Below are positions 55,750 through 63,476 of a DNA stretch of 64,000 nucleotides, piece by piece. A program made the translations under genes and the position numbers. The notes under the pieces are model-generated. The model saw only the letters and a program-made list of their open reading frames with translations. It had not been told where the DNA came from and ran no database searches. The DNA lies in the IMG/VR virus record IMGVR_UViG_3300033072_000683, positions 18,751 through 82,750 of that record; one strand, given 5' to 3'. The first letter of the stretch is position 1; each line of letters opens with the position of its first letter. Source of the DNA: a virus. Lineage: Duplodnaviria; Caudoviricetes.

Positions 55750-56157
55750 CCAAGAACTGACTTTGACCGCCTCTTTGACAGACTAGAGGCCCTAACCGTT
55801 GGATTCGGTCCTGTTTTCCGCGAATTCAGGCTCGAAAATTCCAATTACCCTCCACACAATATCGTAAAGGTAAATGATAATGAGTTCTACCTTGAGCTTG
55901 CTATTGCCGGCTTCAAGAAGGACGAAATCAGCATGGAGGAACACCAAGGTCAACTCACCATTCGTGGTGACAAGGCAGAGCAAGAGGGACAAGAGTATCA
56001 ATTCCGTGGAATTGCTGCACGTTCCTTCTCAAAGAGCTTCCGTATTGCTGAATATTTTGAGGTAAAGGAAGCATCACTCGAGGATGGTATCTTGACAGTC
56101 CACTTTGTCAAGAATGTCCCCGAAGAAGCAAAGCCAAAGTTGATTGCGATCAAGTAA
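55747..56157 (+). CDS. small heat-shock protein (IbpA-like)
   Basis: YPPHNI, LAIAGF, RGIAARSF, ASLEDGILTV. Confidence 0.93.
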   Translation: MPRTDFDRLFDRLEALTVGFGPVFREFRLENSNYPPHNIVKVNDNEFYLELAIAGFKKDEISMEEHQGQLTIRGDKAEQEGQEYQFRGIAARSFSKSFRIAEYFEVKEASLEDGILTVHFVKNVPEEAKPKLIAIK

Positions 56158-56207
56158 TTGACTAAGGGCCCTGGGCAGTGTATAATTAAACATACACATG
56201 CCCAGGG
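56158..56207 (+). promoter_or_regulatory. sigma70 promoter TTGACT-N17-TATAAT inside a 15-bp inverted repeat
   Basis: CCCTGGGCA-GTGTAT…ATACAC-A-TGCCCAGGG. Confidence 0.8.
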
Positions 56208-56214
56208 ATTCAAT

Positions 56215-56520
56215 ATGCCAGACACACAAGTAATTGAGCGAATCGAGGAAAAAATCGAGGTTAAGCCTCCGATGATGTACAAGGTTCTCCTTCATAACGA
56301 TGACACCACTACCATGGACTTCGTTATGCATGTCCTTACAACAATTTTCCATCGTACCGCCGAAGAAGCAATTGAAGTAACCATGTTCATTCATCATAAT
56401 GGGCAAGGCATTGCTGGATCTCCATACACCAAAGAGATTGCCGAAGAGAAAACTCTGGAAACATTGAGCCTTGCTCGTGCTAACGGGTTCCCACTTGTAG
56501 CAACCTTTGAGGAACTATAA
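56215..56520 (+). CDS. clpS: N-degron adaptor ClpS
   Basis: PPMMYKVLLHNDDTTTMDFV, IHHNG, YTKEIAE. Confidence 0.92.
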   Translation: MPDTQVIERIEEKIEVKPPMMYKVLLHNDDTTTMDFVMHVLTTIFHRTAEEAIEVTMFIHHNGQGIAGSPYTKEIAEEKTLETLSLARANGFPLVATFEEL

Positions 56521-56521
56521 C

Positions 56522-56548
56522 AATAAATATCTCGTAGATGATACGAGA
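56522..56548 (+). promoter_or_regulatory. late promoter AATAAATA abutting hairpin TCTCGTA-GATGA-TACGAGA
   Basis: Upstream of ATG 56554. Confidence 0.55.
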
Positions 56549-56553
56549 AATAG

Positions 56554-57600
56554 ATGTCTTCAAACTTAATCCCAATCAAATCCTTCCTAGGAAAATACTA
56601 CTCAGAAATTCTGTACTGCTGTCTACAAGACAAGTATAAAAATACAGGTCTGGAAAAATTTCTGGAGCAGCGTTTTACCATCCAAGGAAATAAGACACAA
56701 ATGATTGTGGATCCTGGTATGCAGGGTCTGGTCATGATTGTGTCCGGTAACGAAATTCACATCAGCAAGGAATTGTATGATCATCCTAATGTGATCATTG
56801 CAAATTCCCTTGAAAATCAGGATAGTCAACAGACAAATCCTAAGAGTCTCTATGAACCCGAGACATTTCAAACTCTTGCTTATCTAATCTGTCAAAATAT
56901 TACCACTCTTACCATTGTGGGTGAGATTGAAGAACCTATCTACGTTAGGTATAAGGCAGATTACGAAACCTTCTACAGCTCAATTGTTACTTTCGAACTC
57001 AACGACGAAGCAGAAGCCGAGATTGTTGAAGAAGTCGAAAGCTTCTCTGCGCTGAATGCGGTGACAAACTATATTCTTCACCCATTCTCGAAGCTAAAGC
57101 TAACTACATTCTATCAAAATAATATTGCCGGTATTTCTTTTCTCTACAGGAACATTTTTGCTAGAGAAAGGACAGAATTTACCCATGTTGTAATGGGTAG
57201 AGGATCGTCTGAGGTAATTGATGAAACTAAGATTAGGCACTCCAGTGCATCTAAATCTGAGTTCATGGGCATTATTAATTCTGCCGGTAGAAAATTTCAT
57301 TCCATTCTTGCAGTCGAGCCAGCTGCCCAGGATTACAACATCTCAGTCGATTATAGAAACATTCTATACGGCAGCAATCCGGATATTTCTTTCTTCCCGG
57401 TAATTCTTGGTCAGCAACCTGCTAATAATGGTGCGAATCTTGAGATTTCGAATATTTCACTTGACGATATTCCTCCCGATGTGAAAGATGCAGAGCTCAA
57501 GAATTATATCTCTCCAATTGTTGATAGAGCAATACTGGAGAGGATGGTAGGAGTGAAGAGGTTCTACGATAACAAGACAAAGTTCCTCCACTTTCCATAA
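56554..57600 (+). CDS. divergent SufD/SufBD-like beta-helix protein
   Basis: EPIYVRY…IVTFELNDEAEAEIVEE…NAVTNYIL spacing resembles the SufD core. Confidence 0.5.
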   Translation: MSSNLIPIKSFLGKYYSEILYCCLQDKYKNTGLEKFLEQRFTIQGNKTQMIVDPGMQGLVMIVSGNEIHISKELYDHPNVIIANSLENQDSQQTNPKSLYEPETFQTLAYLICQNITTLTIVGEIEEPIYVRYKADYETFYSSIVTFELNDEAEAEIVEEVESFSALNAVTNYILHPFSKLKLTTFYQNNIAGISFLYRNIFARERTEFTHVVMGRGSSEVIDETKIRHSSASKSEFMGIINSAGRKFHSILAVEPAAQDYNISVDYRNILYGSNPDISFFPVILGQQPANNGANLEISNISLDDIPPDVKDAELKNYISPIVDRAILERMVGVKRFYDNKTKFLHFP

Positions 57601-57603
57601 ATA
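57596..57603 (+). promoter_or_regulatory. late promoter CATAAATA
   Basis: Upstream of 57628. Confidence 0.6.
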
Positions 57604-57627
57604 ACTATATCAACCGAGGATTTTACC

Positions 57628-57957
57628 ATGTTTAACACGACCGACATTCTATCACTTGGCACAGAATATACAGTTGCCGATCAGAAAGGAAATATTCTAA
57701 AGCAAATCCAAGTAATTCCGCACACTGAAATTCTTGAAGCCGCAATTGGCCCATATTCTCCCGAGCATGGTACATATTCCGAATATCTCGAAAAGTCTAT
57801 CGCAGCATTGACTGGCTTTGATGGTATTGATCCGCTTAAGGTACTTTGGTACGCAACATTCGACGAAGAGATTATTCTGTCTGATGTTATCGAATATGCT
57901 GTCAAGCATGGATACGATAAAATCATCATCGAACATCTTGAAGAAACCGACGAATAA
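57628..57957 (+). CDS. hypothetical acidic protein
   Basis: 109-aa ORF with SD. Confidence 0.6.
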   Translation: MFNTTDILSLGTEYTVADQKGNILKQIQVIPHTEILEAAIGPYSPEHGTYSEYLEKSIAALTGFDGIDPLKVLWYATFDEEIILSDVIEYAVKHGYDKIIIEHLEETDE

Positions 57958-57972
57958 AGCTAAAATTACTAG

Positions 57973-58112
57973 GCCCTATTAGCTCAGAAAAACGGTGGGT
58001 CTCTTGACACAAGGTGGCGCCGCCGGCTCAATATTCGCCTAGTTACACTGTAGAGAGCAACCGGTACTTAACCGGTAGGTCGGTGGTTTGAAGTGTTACA
58101 CCATGGGGCACC
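57973..58112 (+). tRNA. atypical tRNA-Lys(CTT)-like RNA with expanded D-loop and T-loop
   Basis: Acceptor GCCCTAT/ATGGGGC, D-stem GCTC/GAGC, anticodon stem ACCGG/CCGGT, loop TACTTAA, variable AGGTC, GGTG/CACC T-stem. Confidence 0.7.
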
Positions 58113-58125
58113 GAATAAGGATGCC

Positions 58126-58317
58126 ATGGAAAAAGAAGAAGAAAAAAGTGTAATATGCCAGTGGATTGGGGAAGGCGAAGGATGCAGACATCCTGCTATG
58201 TACAATAAATCCTACTGCGAAGTACACCATGACAGAATGTATGTAGTCATGCCACCCGAGATGGCAGACTACATTATCGAGAAGGAGCTTAAATCAGATT
58301 TGCATAATGCCGATTGA
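58126..58317 (+). CDS. small Cys/His protein resembling the GcrA C-terminal domain
   Basis: CQW…C…YCEVHH…Y. Confidence 0.55.
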   Translation: MEKEEEKSVICQWIGEGEGCRHPAMYNKSYCEVHHDRMYVVMPPEMADYIIEKELKSDLHNAD

Positions 58318-58342
58318 CATGTCCGTCATCATTTAATATACT
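58314..58342 (+). promoter_or_regulatory. sigma70-type promoter TTGACA-N17-TATACT
   Basis: Upstream of DNA ligase. Confidence 0.78.
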
Positions 58343-58362
58343 ATTGATTACAAAGGACACAT

Positions 58363-59739
58363 ATGAACATTCTGCAAATTCTTGATCACCTTGGTTCCGA
58401 TACAAAGCGCGGCCACAAACTGGCTGTGCTGGAACAACACAAGGATAATGAACTCTTCATGCGTGTCGTGAAGTTGGCGCTTGATCCTTATGTCAACTTT
58501 TACATTAAGAAGATTCCGGATCACACTTTCCGGTTCCTCGAAGGAGAAGGCGATGCACACAAGACCCTCGACTGGGCACTGGATGCACTATCCAAGCTCT
58601 CGACTAGAGAACTCACTGGTAACGCAGCTATTGAGCATCTTTCTAACGTGCTTAGTGAGCTTTCCACTGATGACGCTACTGTTATTAAGCGCATTATTGG
58701 TAAAGATCTGCGCTGTGGTGTGGCGGATGGTATCGTCAATGCTGTCGTAGCAGACTTCATTCCCACCTACCCATGTCTCCTTGCTCGTCCCTACGACGAG
58801 AAGAACATCAAGAACATCAAATTCCCGGCATTTAGCCAATTGAAGGCCGACGGCCTGCGAGCCAATGCATTGGTTGAGGCTGGAAAAGTTACACTTTGCG
58901 GACGCAGTGGTCGAGATATCGATCTGCTCGGTGAGTTGGACAGGGATGTTCTGCTCCTTGCTGAACAATATGGCAAGGTTGATATGTTCTTTGACGGTGA
59001 ATTTGTGGTTGTTGATGCAAACGAGAACATCATTGATCGCAAAACCGGCAATGGTATTATCAACAAGGCTATTAAGGGAACAATCAGCAAAGAAGAAGCG
59101 GCTCGAATTCGTTTCCAAGTGTGGGATGCCTTCCCGCTTGCTGAATTCTACAAGCTCAAATCTAGGCACAATTACGATGTTCGCTTTAATGCGCTCATCG
59201 GTGCAATGAACAACGTCAAGAAGGGTGTAGATACTACTGCACACATTCTGACTCACGGCCCTTTCCGTATCCGTCCTATTCCATACAAGATTGTGAATAG
59301 CCTGACGGAGGCTGTGGAGCATTTCGAGTTGCTCCTTAGCCAAAGTCACGAAGGCACCATCCTTAAGAATTACGAAGCAGTCTGGGAAGACACGCGAAGT
59401 AAGCATCTGGTAAAGATGAAAGCTGAGAAAGATTGTGATCTTGAAATCATTGGTTGGAACCCCGGCACCGGTCAATTCGAAGGCATGGTGGGCAGTCTTG
59501 TCTGCGCAAGTTCCGACAGACTCGTTGAAGTTTCCATTAGTGGCTTTGATGTGCCCACTCGAAAGTGGATTACCGATAACATCGACAGCCTGATTGGCAA
59601 AATTGTGACTGTGCTGTATAATGAGCGCATTAAGAGTAAGGAAAAGGGTCGCGAGAACGTTGATTCATTGTTCCTTCCTCGTTATGTGGAGTTCCGCAAC
59701 GACAAAACCGTTGCAAATAGCAGCAAGGAAATCAAATGA
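58363..59739 (+). CDS. ATP-dependent DNA ligase (T4 gp30-like)
   Basis: QLKADG, FDGEF, VWDAF, EGTILK, KMKAE, FLPRY. Confidence 0.93.
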   Translation: MNILQILDHLGSDTKRGHKLAVLEQHKDNELFMRVVKLALDPYVNFYIKKIPDHTFRFLEGEGDAHKTLDWALDALSKLSTRELTGNAAIEHLSNVLSELSTDDATVIKRIIGKDLRCGVADGIVNAVVADFIPTYPCLLARPYDEKNIKNIKFPAFSQLKADGLRANALVEAGKVTLCGRSGRDIDLLGELDRDVLLLAEQYGKVDMFFDGEFVVVDANENIIDRKTGNGIINKAIKGTISKEEAARIRFQVWDAFPLAEFYKLKSRHNYDVRFNALIGAMNNVKKGVDTTAHILTHGPFRIRPIPYKIVNSLTEAVEHFELLLSQSHEGTILKNYEAVWEDTRSKHLVKMKAEKDCDLEIIGWNPGTGQFEGMVGSLVCASSDRLVEVSISGFDVPTRKWITDNIDSLIGKIVTVLYNERIKSKEKGRENVDSLFLPRYVEFRNDKTVANSSKEIK

Positions 59740-59894
59740 GCACTGAAAGACTGTTTTTGGGCGTGGTGGCAGTTGCCATTCTTTGTTTCACCGGGTTGAT
59801 TGCTCAATGTAGTCACCGTGTCGGCGAATGCAAGAAAGAAGCAATCAAAGCCGGCATTAAGGCCGAGGAAGTTCGGAACATCTGCAGGGAATAA
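59736..59894 (+). CDS. 52-aa single-TM protein with Cys pair
   Basis: Hand translation; paralogue of the next ORF. Confidence 0.65.
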   Translation: MSTERLFLGVVAVAILCFTGLIAQCSHRVGECKKEAIKAGIKAEEVRNICRE

Positions 59895-59896
59895 AA

Positions 59897-60049
59897 ATGC
59901 AAGAACGCTATCTAATGATCATTATGGTTGTTTTCTTTGTTACCATGTTTGGTGGTATGGCAATTGAAAATTACCAAAAGAGTCAATGTAAGCAGGCCGC
60001 CATTCAAGCTGGTAAGTCTGCAGACGAAATCAACAAAATCTGCATGTAA
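59897..60049 (+). CDS. 50-aa single-TM protein with Cys pair
   Basis: Hand translation; CKQAAIQAGKSADEINKIC aligns with the previous ORF. Confidence 0.65.
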   Translation: MQERYLMIIMVVFFVTMFGGMAIENYQKSQCKQAAIQAGKSADEINKICM

Positions 60050-60079
60050 TGGTAGCTCCCGGGCTACCGGGAGTTAATC

Positions 60080-61105
60080 ATGGAACCTAAACTACTAACA
60101 AGAGAAGCATTCCGCGAAGGGGTATTCGCCAGGGATGGCTTCAAATGTGTCTTCTGCGATAAGCCGGCAGTTGATGCGCACCACATCATGGAGCGCAGAC
60201 TCTGGCCCGACGGTGGGTATTACCTGGAAAATGGTGCATCTGTGTGCGAGGAACATCACCTCGCATGCGAGCGCACTCTGATTTCAGTTGAGGACGTTCG
60301 TCACGCCTGTGGTATTACCAAAATCATCGTGCCGCCGCACCTTTATGACGATCACATTTTCGATAAATGGGGTAATCCTGTACTCGAAGATGGTCGCAGA
60401 GGAAAGGGAGAACTCTTCTATGATGAATCTGTTCAAAAGGTTCTAAAGGAAGGGGGAGTTCTCGACTTGTTTACCTCTCGTGTGAAGTATCCACGGACTA
60501 ACCATCTACCCTGGAGTCCGGGCGTCAACGATGATGACCGCGTTATGCAGGATCTGTCACATTTCGTAGGGAAACGTGTTATTGCTTCTAAGAAGATGGA
60601 TGGGGAAAATACAACCATGTATTACGACCACATCCACGCCAGAAGCATTGATAGCAAAGGTGGCGCAGACCGTGCGTGGGTCAAGCAGTTCTGGTCCGGT
60701 ATCGCACACGACATCCCCGTAGATTGGCGGATTTGTGGCGAGAACCTGTGGGCAGAGCACTCGATTCACTACACAGACCTGCCCTCATACTTCCTTGGTT
60801 TTTCAGTATGGGATGAGCGTAATGTTTGCCTAAGCTGGGACGATACTCTTCAATATTTTGATCTGCTAGGTATTTCCCATGTGCCTGTAATTTACGACGG
60901 CATTTGGGACGAGGGTGCAATTCGCGCCTTGGAAAAAGATCTTGTGTGGGCAAAGGATGAAGGGTATGTTGTCCGTTTAGCTGAAAGCTTCACATACGGT
61001 CAATTTAGAAATAGTATTGCGAAATATGTCCGTAAAGGTCATGTGCAGACTACTAAGCATTGGAGAGCAGGGAGAACTTTCACTCCCAATGAACTCAAAA
61101 AATAA
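60080..61105 (+). CDS. HNH-domain / RNA ligase fusion
   Basis: CVFC…DAHH…NGASVCEEHH; KYPRT.HLP, KKMDGEN, EGYVVR, AKYVR. Confidence 0.8.
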   Translation: MEPKLLTREAFREGVFARDGFKCVFCDKPAVDAHHIMERRLWPDGGYYLENGASVCEEHHLACERTLISVEDVRHACGITKIIVPPHLYDDHIFDKWGNPVLEDGRRGKGELFYDESVQKVLKEGGVLDLFTSRVKYPRTNHLPWSPGVNDDDRVMQDLSHFVGKRVIASKKMDGENTTMYYDHIHARSIDSKGGADRAWVKQFWSGIAHDIPVDWRICGENLWAEHSIHYTDLPSYFLGFSVWDERNVCLSWDDTLQYFDLLGISHVPVIYDGIWDEGAIRALEKDLVWAKDEGYVVRLAESFTYGQFRNSIAKYVRKGHVQTTKHWRAGRTFTPNELKK

Positions 61106-61122
61106 TCCAACTGACTGACTTG

Positions 61123-61147
61123 AAGGCGCCGCAGGGCGCCTTTTTTT
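61123..61147 (+). terminator. intrinsic terminator
   Basis: AAGGCGCC-GCAG-GGCGCC-T7. Confidence 0.9.
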
Positions 61148-61171
61148 ATGGCCTGAAAGACCTCTAGCCTT

Positions 61172-61179
61172 GATAAATA
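61172..61179 (+). promoter_or_regulatory. late promoter GATAAATA
   Basis: Upstream of 61207. Confidence 0.7.
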
Positions 61180-61206
61180 AGTATATTGAATACTAGGGGT
61201 TTCTAA

Positions 61207-61785
61207 ATGTCAGACATGAAGAAATGGATAAAACTAATGGAAAGCGTCCATCCCGTTGTTGCCACACCTCCAATTGGTAGAAGCTTCGAACGAGATGCTA
61301 CCGTAGTTCTTGGTCCAAAAGTCGGCGGTGGCGTCGGTAGATTCGTTGAATTTACTGCTGAAGGCAACGCAATGATTGACGTTAAGGGTGTTGTGAAGGA
61401 ATATGCAGAAGGTGATTTTGCAATTCCCGAGAGAGATTTAGCTAACGGCAATGATTGGTTTCATATGTCTGTTGTTGATGGCACACCCGGAACACAAAAC
61501 GATAAGCCAGAATTTCGTCCAGGTGATCTAATTAAGATTGCTGACGTGTATGGTGCGGTCATTGGCCCAGGTTTTGGTGTTTTTGTCGGTTATGGAACAA
61601 CAGGTGAAGATTGCATCGTGTTGTTTGATGGTAAGCAAATTGTGGTTCCAGTTGAAAATGTTGCATCTGTGTTAGAACAGGATGCAAAAGATAATTTTGG
61701 CGAAATGGACAATGACGGTAATTTATCACCCATGTCCTTTGGATCCGACAATGTAGTTAAGACTGTCGAAATAGTAAAAAATTAG
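61207..61785 (+). CDS. head-associated protein with two SH3/KOW-like modules
   Basis: MKKWIKLMES start; two similar beta modules. Confidence 0.55.
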   Translation: MSDMKKWIKLMESVHPVVATPPIGRSFERDATVVLGPKVGGGVGRFVEFTAEGNAMIDVKGVVKEYAEGDFAIPERDLANGNDWFHMSVVDGTPGTQNDKPEFRPGDLIKIADVYGAVIGPGFGVFVGYGTTGEDCIVLFDGKQIVVPVENVASVLEQDAKDNFGEMDNDGNLSPMSFGSDNVVKTVEIVKN

Positions 61786-61794
61786 GAGCCAGCA

Positions 61795-63204
61795 ATGGAT
61801 CAAAGAGACGAATTTAGCAAATGGTTAGGAGCAGTTGAAGAAGCACTTAGATCAGAAGGTCAGGTTGTTGAAGATGTTCCGCCTGTAACAAATGAATGTG
61901 GTTGTGGATCATGGGATTGCCCTGTCTGCTTCCCAGATCAAAATGAAATGCCGGGAATGCACGGTGCCCTAGACGGACTCGGAGGCGCAAATGTTGCAGC
62001 TGACCCAATGGCCATGGCAATGCCTATGGATCCTATGGCGCAAATGGGCGGTATGCCGCAAGTTTGCGCATCTTGCGGTGGTTCGCTAGATGACGGACAC
62101 ATGCACGAGCCTAACGTGGTTGTTGGCGGTATTGACGGACTCGAAGAAGTGTCTCCAATGGACGACGATATGGGTGCAGACGAAATGATGCAAGCCCCAA
62201 TGGAAGAAGAACCCATGGAAGCACCGGGAGAATCTCTACCACGTTCCAGCGACGGTAGAGGCGTAAAGCTTGGTGACATTGTTCAACATACCGAATATAG
62301 AAAGGTTGGGCAAGATTCCCCACTAACTCACGGCGAAGATAATCTTTCCGAAGTTGATGAGTTCGGAATGGACGATGAAGAACCAGATTGGGATGCAGAT
62401 CCTATGGCGGTTAGAGATTATCACAATACTATGGCAGGTTCTCCACAATCCGAGGGAGATGTTGAAGCTGCCCTAGATATGATTTCTACCATCAAGTATA
62501 TGCAGCAAATGGGGTTGAGCAAAGCATCTCGTGATTATTCAGAACAAGAAATGGCAAATATGGGTCTGCCTCAATTGAAGCAGGTTCATCAAGAAGTAAC
62601 CGGTACAATGGCAGAGGAACGTATTATGAACATGGAAAATGTTGACCCAGATGTAGCAGCAATGCTCAAAACACTTCAAGGCTACGATAAAATGGTAGCT
62701 GAGAGCAAGAAAAAGAAGCCTGACTTTAAGGATGTAGATAAGGACGGCGATAAGAAGGAACCTTGGACAAAGGCCGAGAAGGATAAGAAGGAAGTCGACG
62801 AAGCAACTCGAGTTCTTGGAAAGGGAGGTTTCCCAGCAAACCAAAGTGAACGTGATGCTCTTGCAAAGGACGCTAAGTCTGGTAAGGCTCAGGTAGCAAA
62901 GAATGTTCCTGGAAAGATTGACATGCCGGGTTCGGGTAAGGGTGTTAAGGACTACGATCCTTTCAGTGAATCAGTTAATGAGTCCGACGACGACAAGAAT
63001 CCTTGGGAAAAGAAAGCAGACGCTAAGAAAGACGGCGACAAGGTTACCAAGACTCATAAGGGTGGAACTGTTACAAAGACTGATACCGGTCTAGTACACA
63101 AGAGCGCCAAGTACGGAAACCAAAAGGACGAAGTTAAGGAATCTGCTGAAGTAGATCCAGAAGTCCTAGAATGGATGGCACGTCTAGCTAAGGTTGCAAG
63201 ATAA
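61795..63204 (+). CDS. acidic low-complexity head/internal protein
   Basis: 469 aa, VAES/VNES/VKES sites, D/K-rich repeats. Confidence 0.6.
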   Translation: MDQRDEFSKWLGAVEEALRSEGQVVEDVPPVTNECGCGSWDCPVCFPDQNEMPGMHGALDGLGGANVAADPMAMAMPMDPMAQMGGMPQVCASCGGSLDDGHMHEPNVVVGGIDGLEEVSPMDDDMGADEMMQAPMEEEPMEAPGESLPRSSDGRGVKLGDIVQHTEYRKVGQDSPLTHGEDNLSEVDEFGMDDEEPDWDADPMAVRDYHNTMAGSPQSEGDVEAALDMISTIKYMQQMGLSKASRDYSEQEMANMGLPQLKQVHQEVTGTMAEERIMNMENVDPDVAAMLKTLQGYDKMVAESKKKKPDFKDVDKDGDKKEPWTKAEKDKKEVDEATRVLGKGGFPANQSERDALAKDAKSGKAQVAKNVPGKIDMPGSGKGVKDYDPFSESVNESDDDKNPWEKKADAKKDGDKVTKTHKGGTVTKTDTGLVHKSAKYGNQKDEVKESAEVDPEVLEWMARLAKVAR

Positions 63205-63404
63205 TGAAAATTACTGAAGTAGCATCAAAAGATATTCTAGCTGAATTATCTACCGAATTACTTGGTAGATATAAAACTGCCGCAGGGGCTGATGCTCGTG
63301 CAGCCGATAAGCAAGGAGATTATGCTACCGGTAATAAGCGTTTTAGTGGAATTGTGAAGGCAACAAAGAAGCAGTTCGACAACGACGCTAAGAAAAGAAA
63401 ATAA
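63204..63404 (+). CDS. small basic head-associated protein
   Basis: MKITEV start, LAELSTELLGRY module. Confidence 0.6.
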   Translation: MKITEVASKDILAELSTELLGRYKTAAGADARAADKQGDYATGNKRFSGIVKATKKQFDNDAKKRK

Positions 63405-63426
63405 GCCAGTTTTTTCTCCAGAAAAC

Positions 63427-63471
63427 TTGACCCTCCTGTAAGTAATAGTTATACTGTTATTTACGTAGGGT
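63427..63471 (+). promoter_or_regulatory. sigma70 promoter TTGACC-N17-TATACT inside a long hairpin covering the SD
   Basis: GTAAGTAATAG/CTGTTATTTAC plus ACCCT/AGGGT. Confidence 0.78.
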
Positions 63472-63476
63472 TTCTT

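Noticed and set aside
58588-59475. 295-aa minus-strand ORF
   Set aside because: Antisense to DNA ligase; no independent signals.
61783-61797. In-frame TAG between 61207 and 61795 genes (possible readthrough); A-run-TTA-GGAG-CCAGCA loosely resembles 1536-1560
   Set aside because: The downstream ATG has a well-spaced AGGAG SD; in-frame placement has a one-in-three chance.
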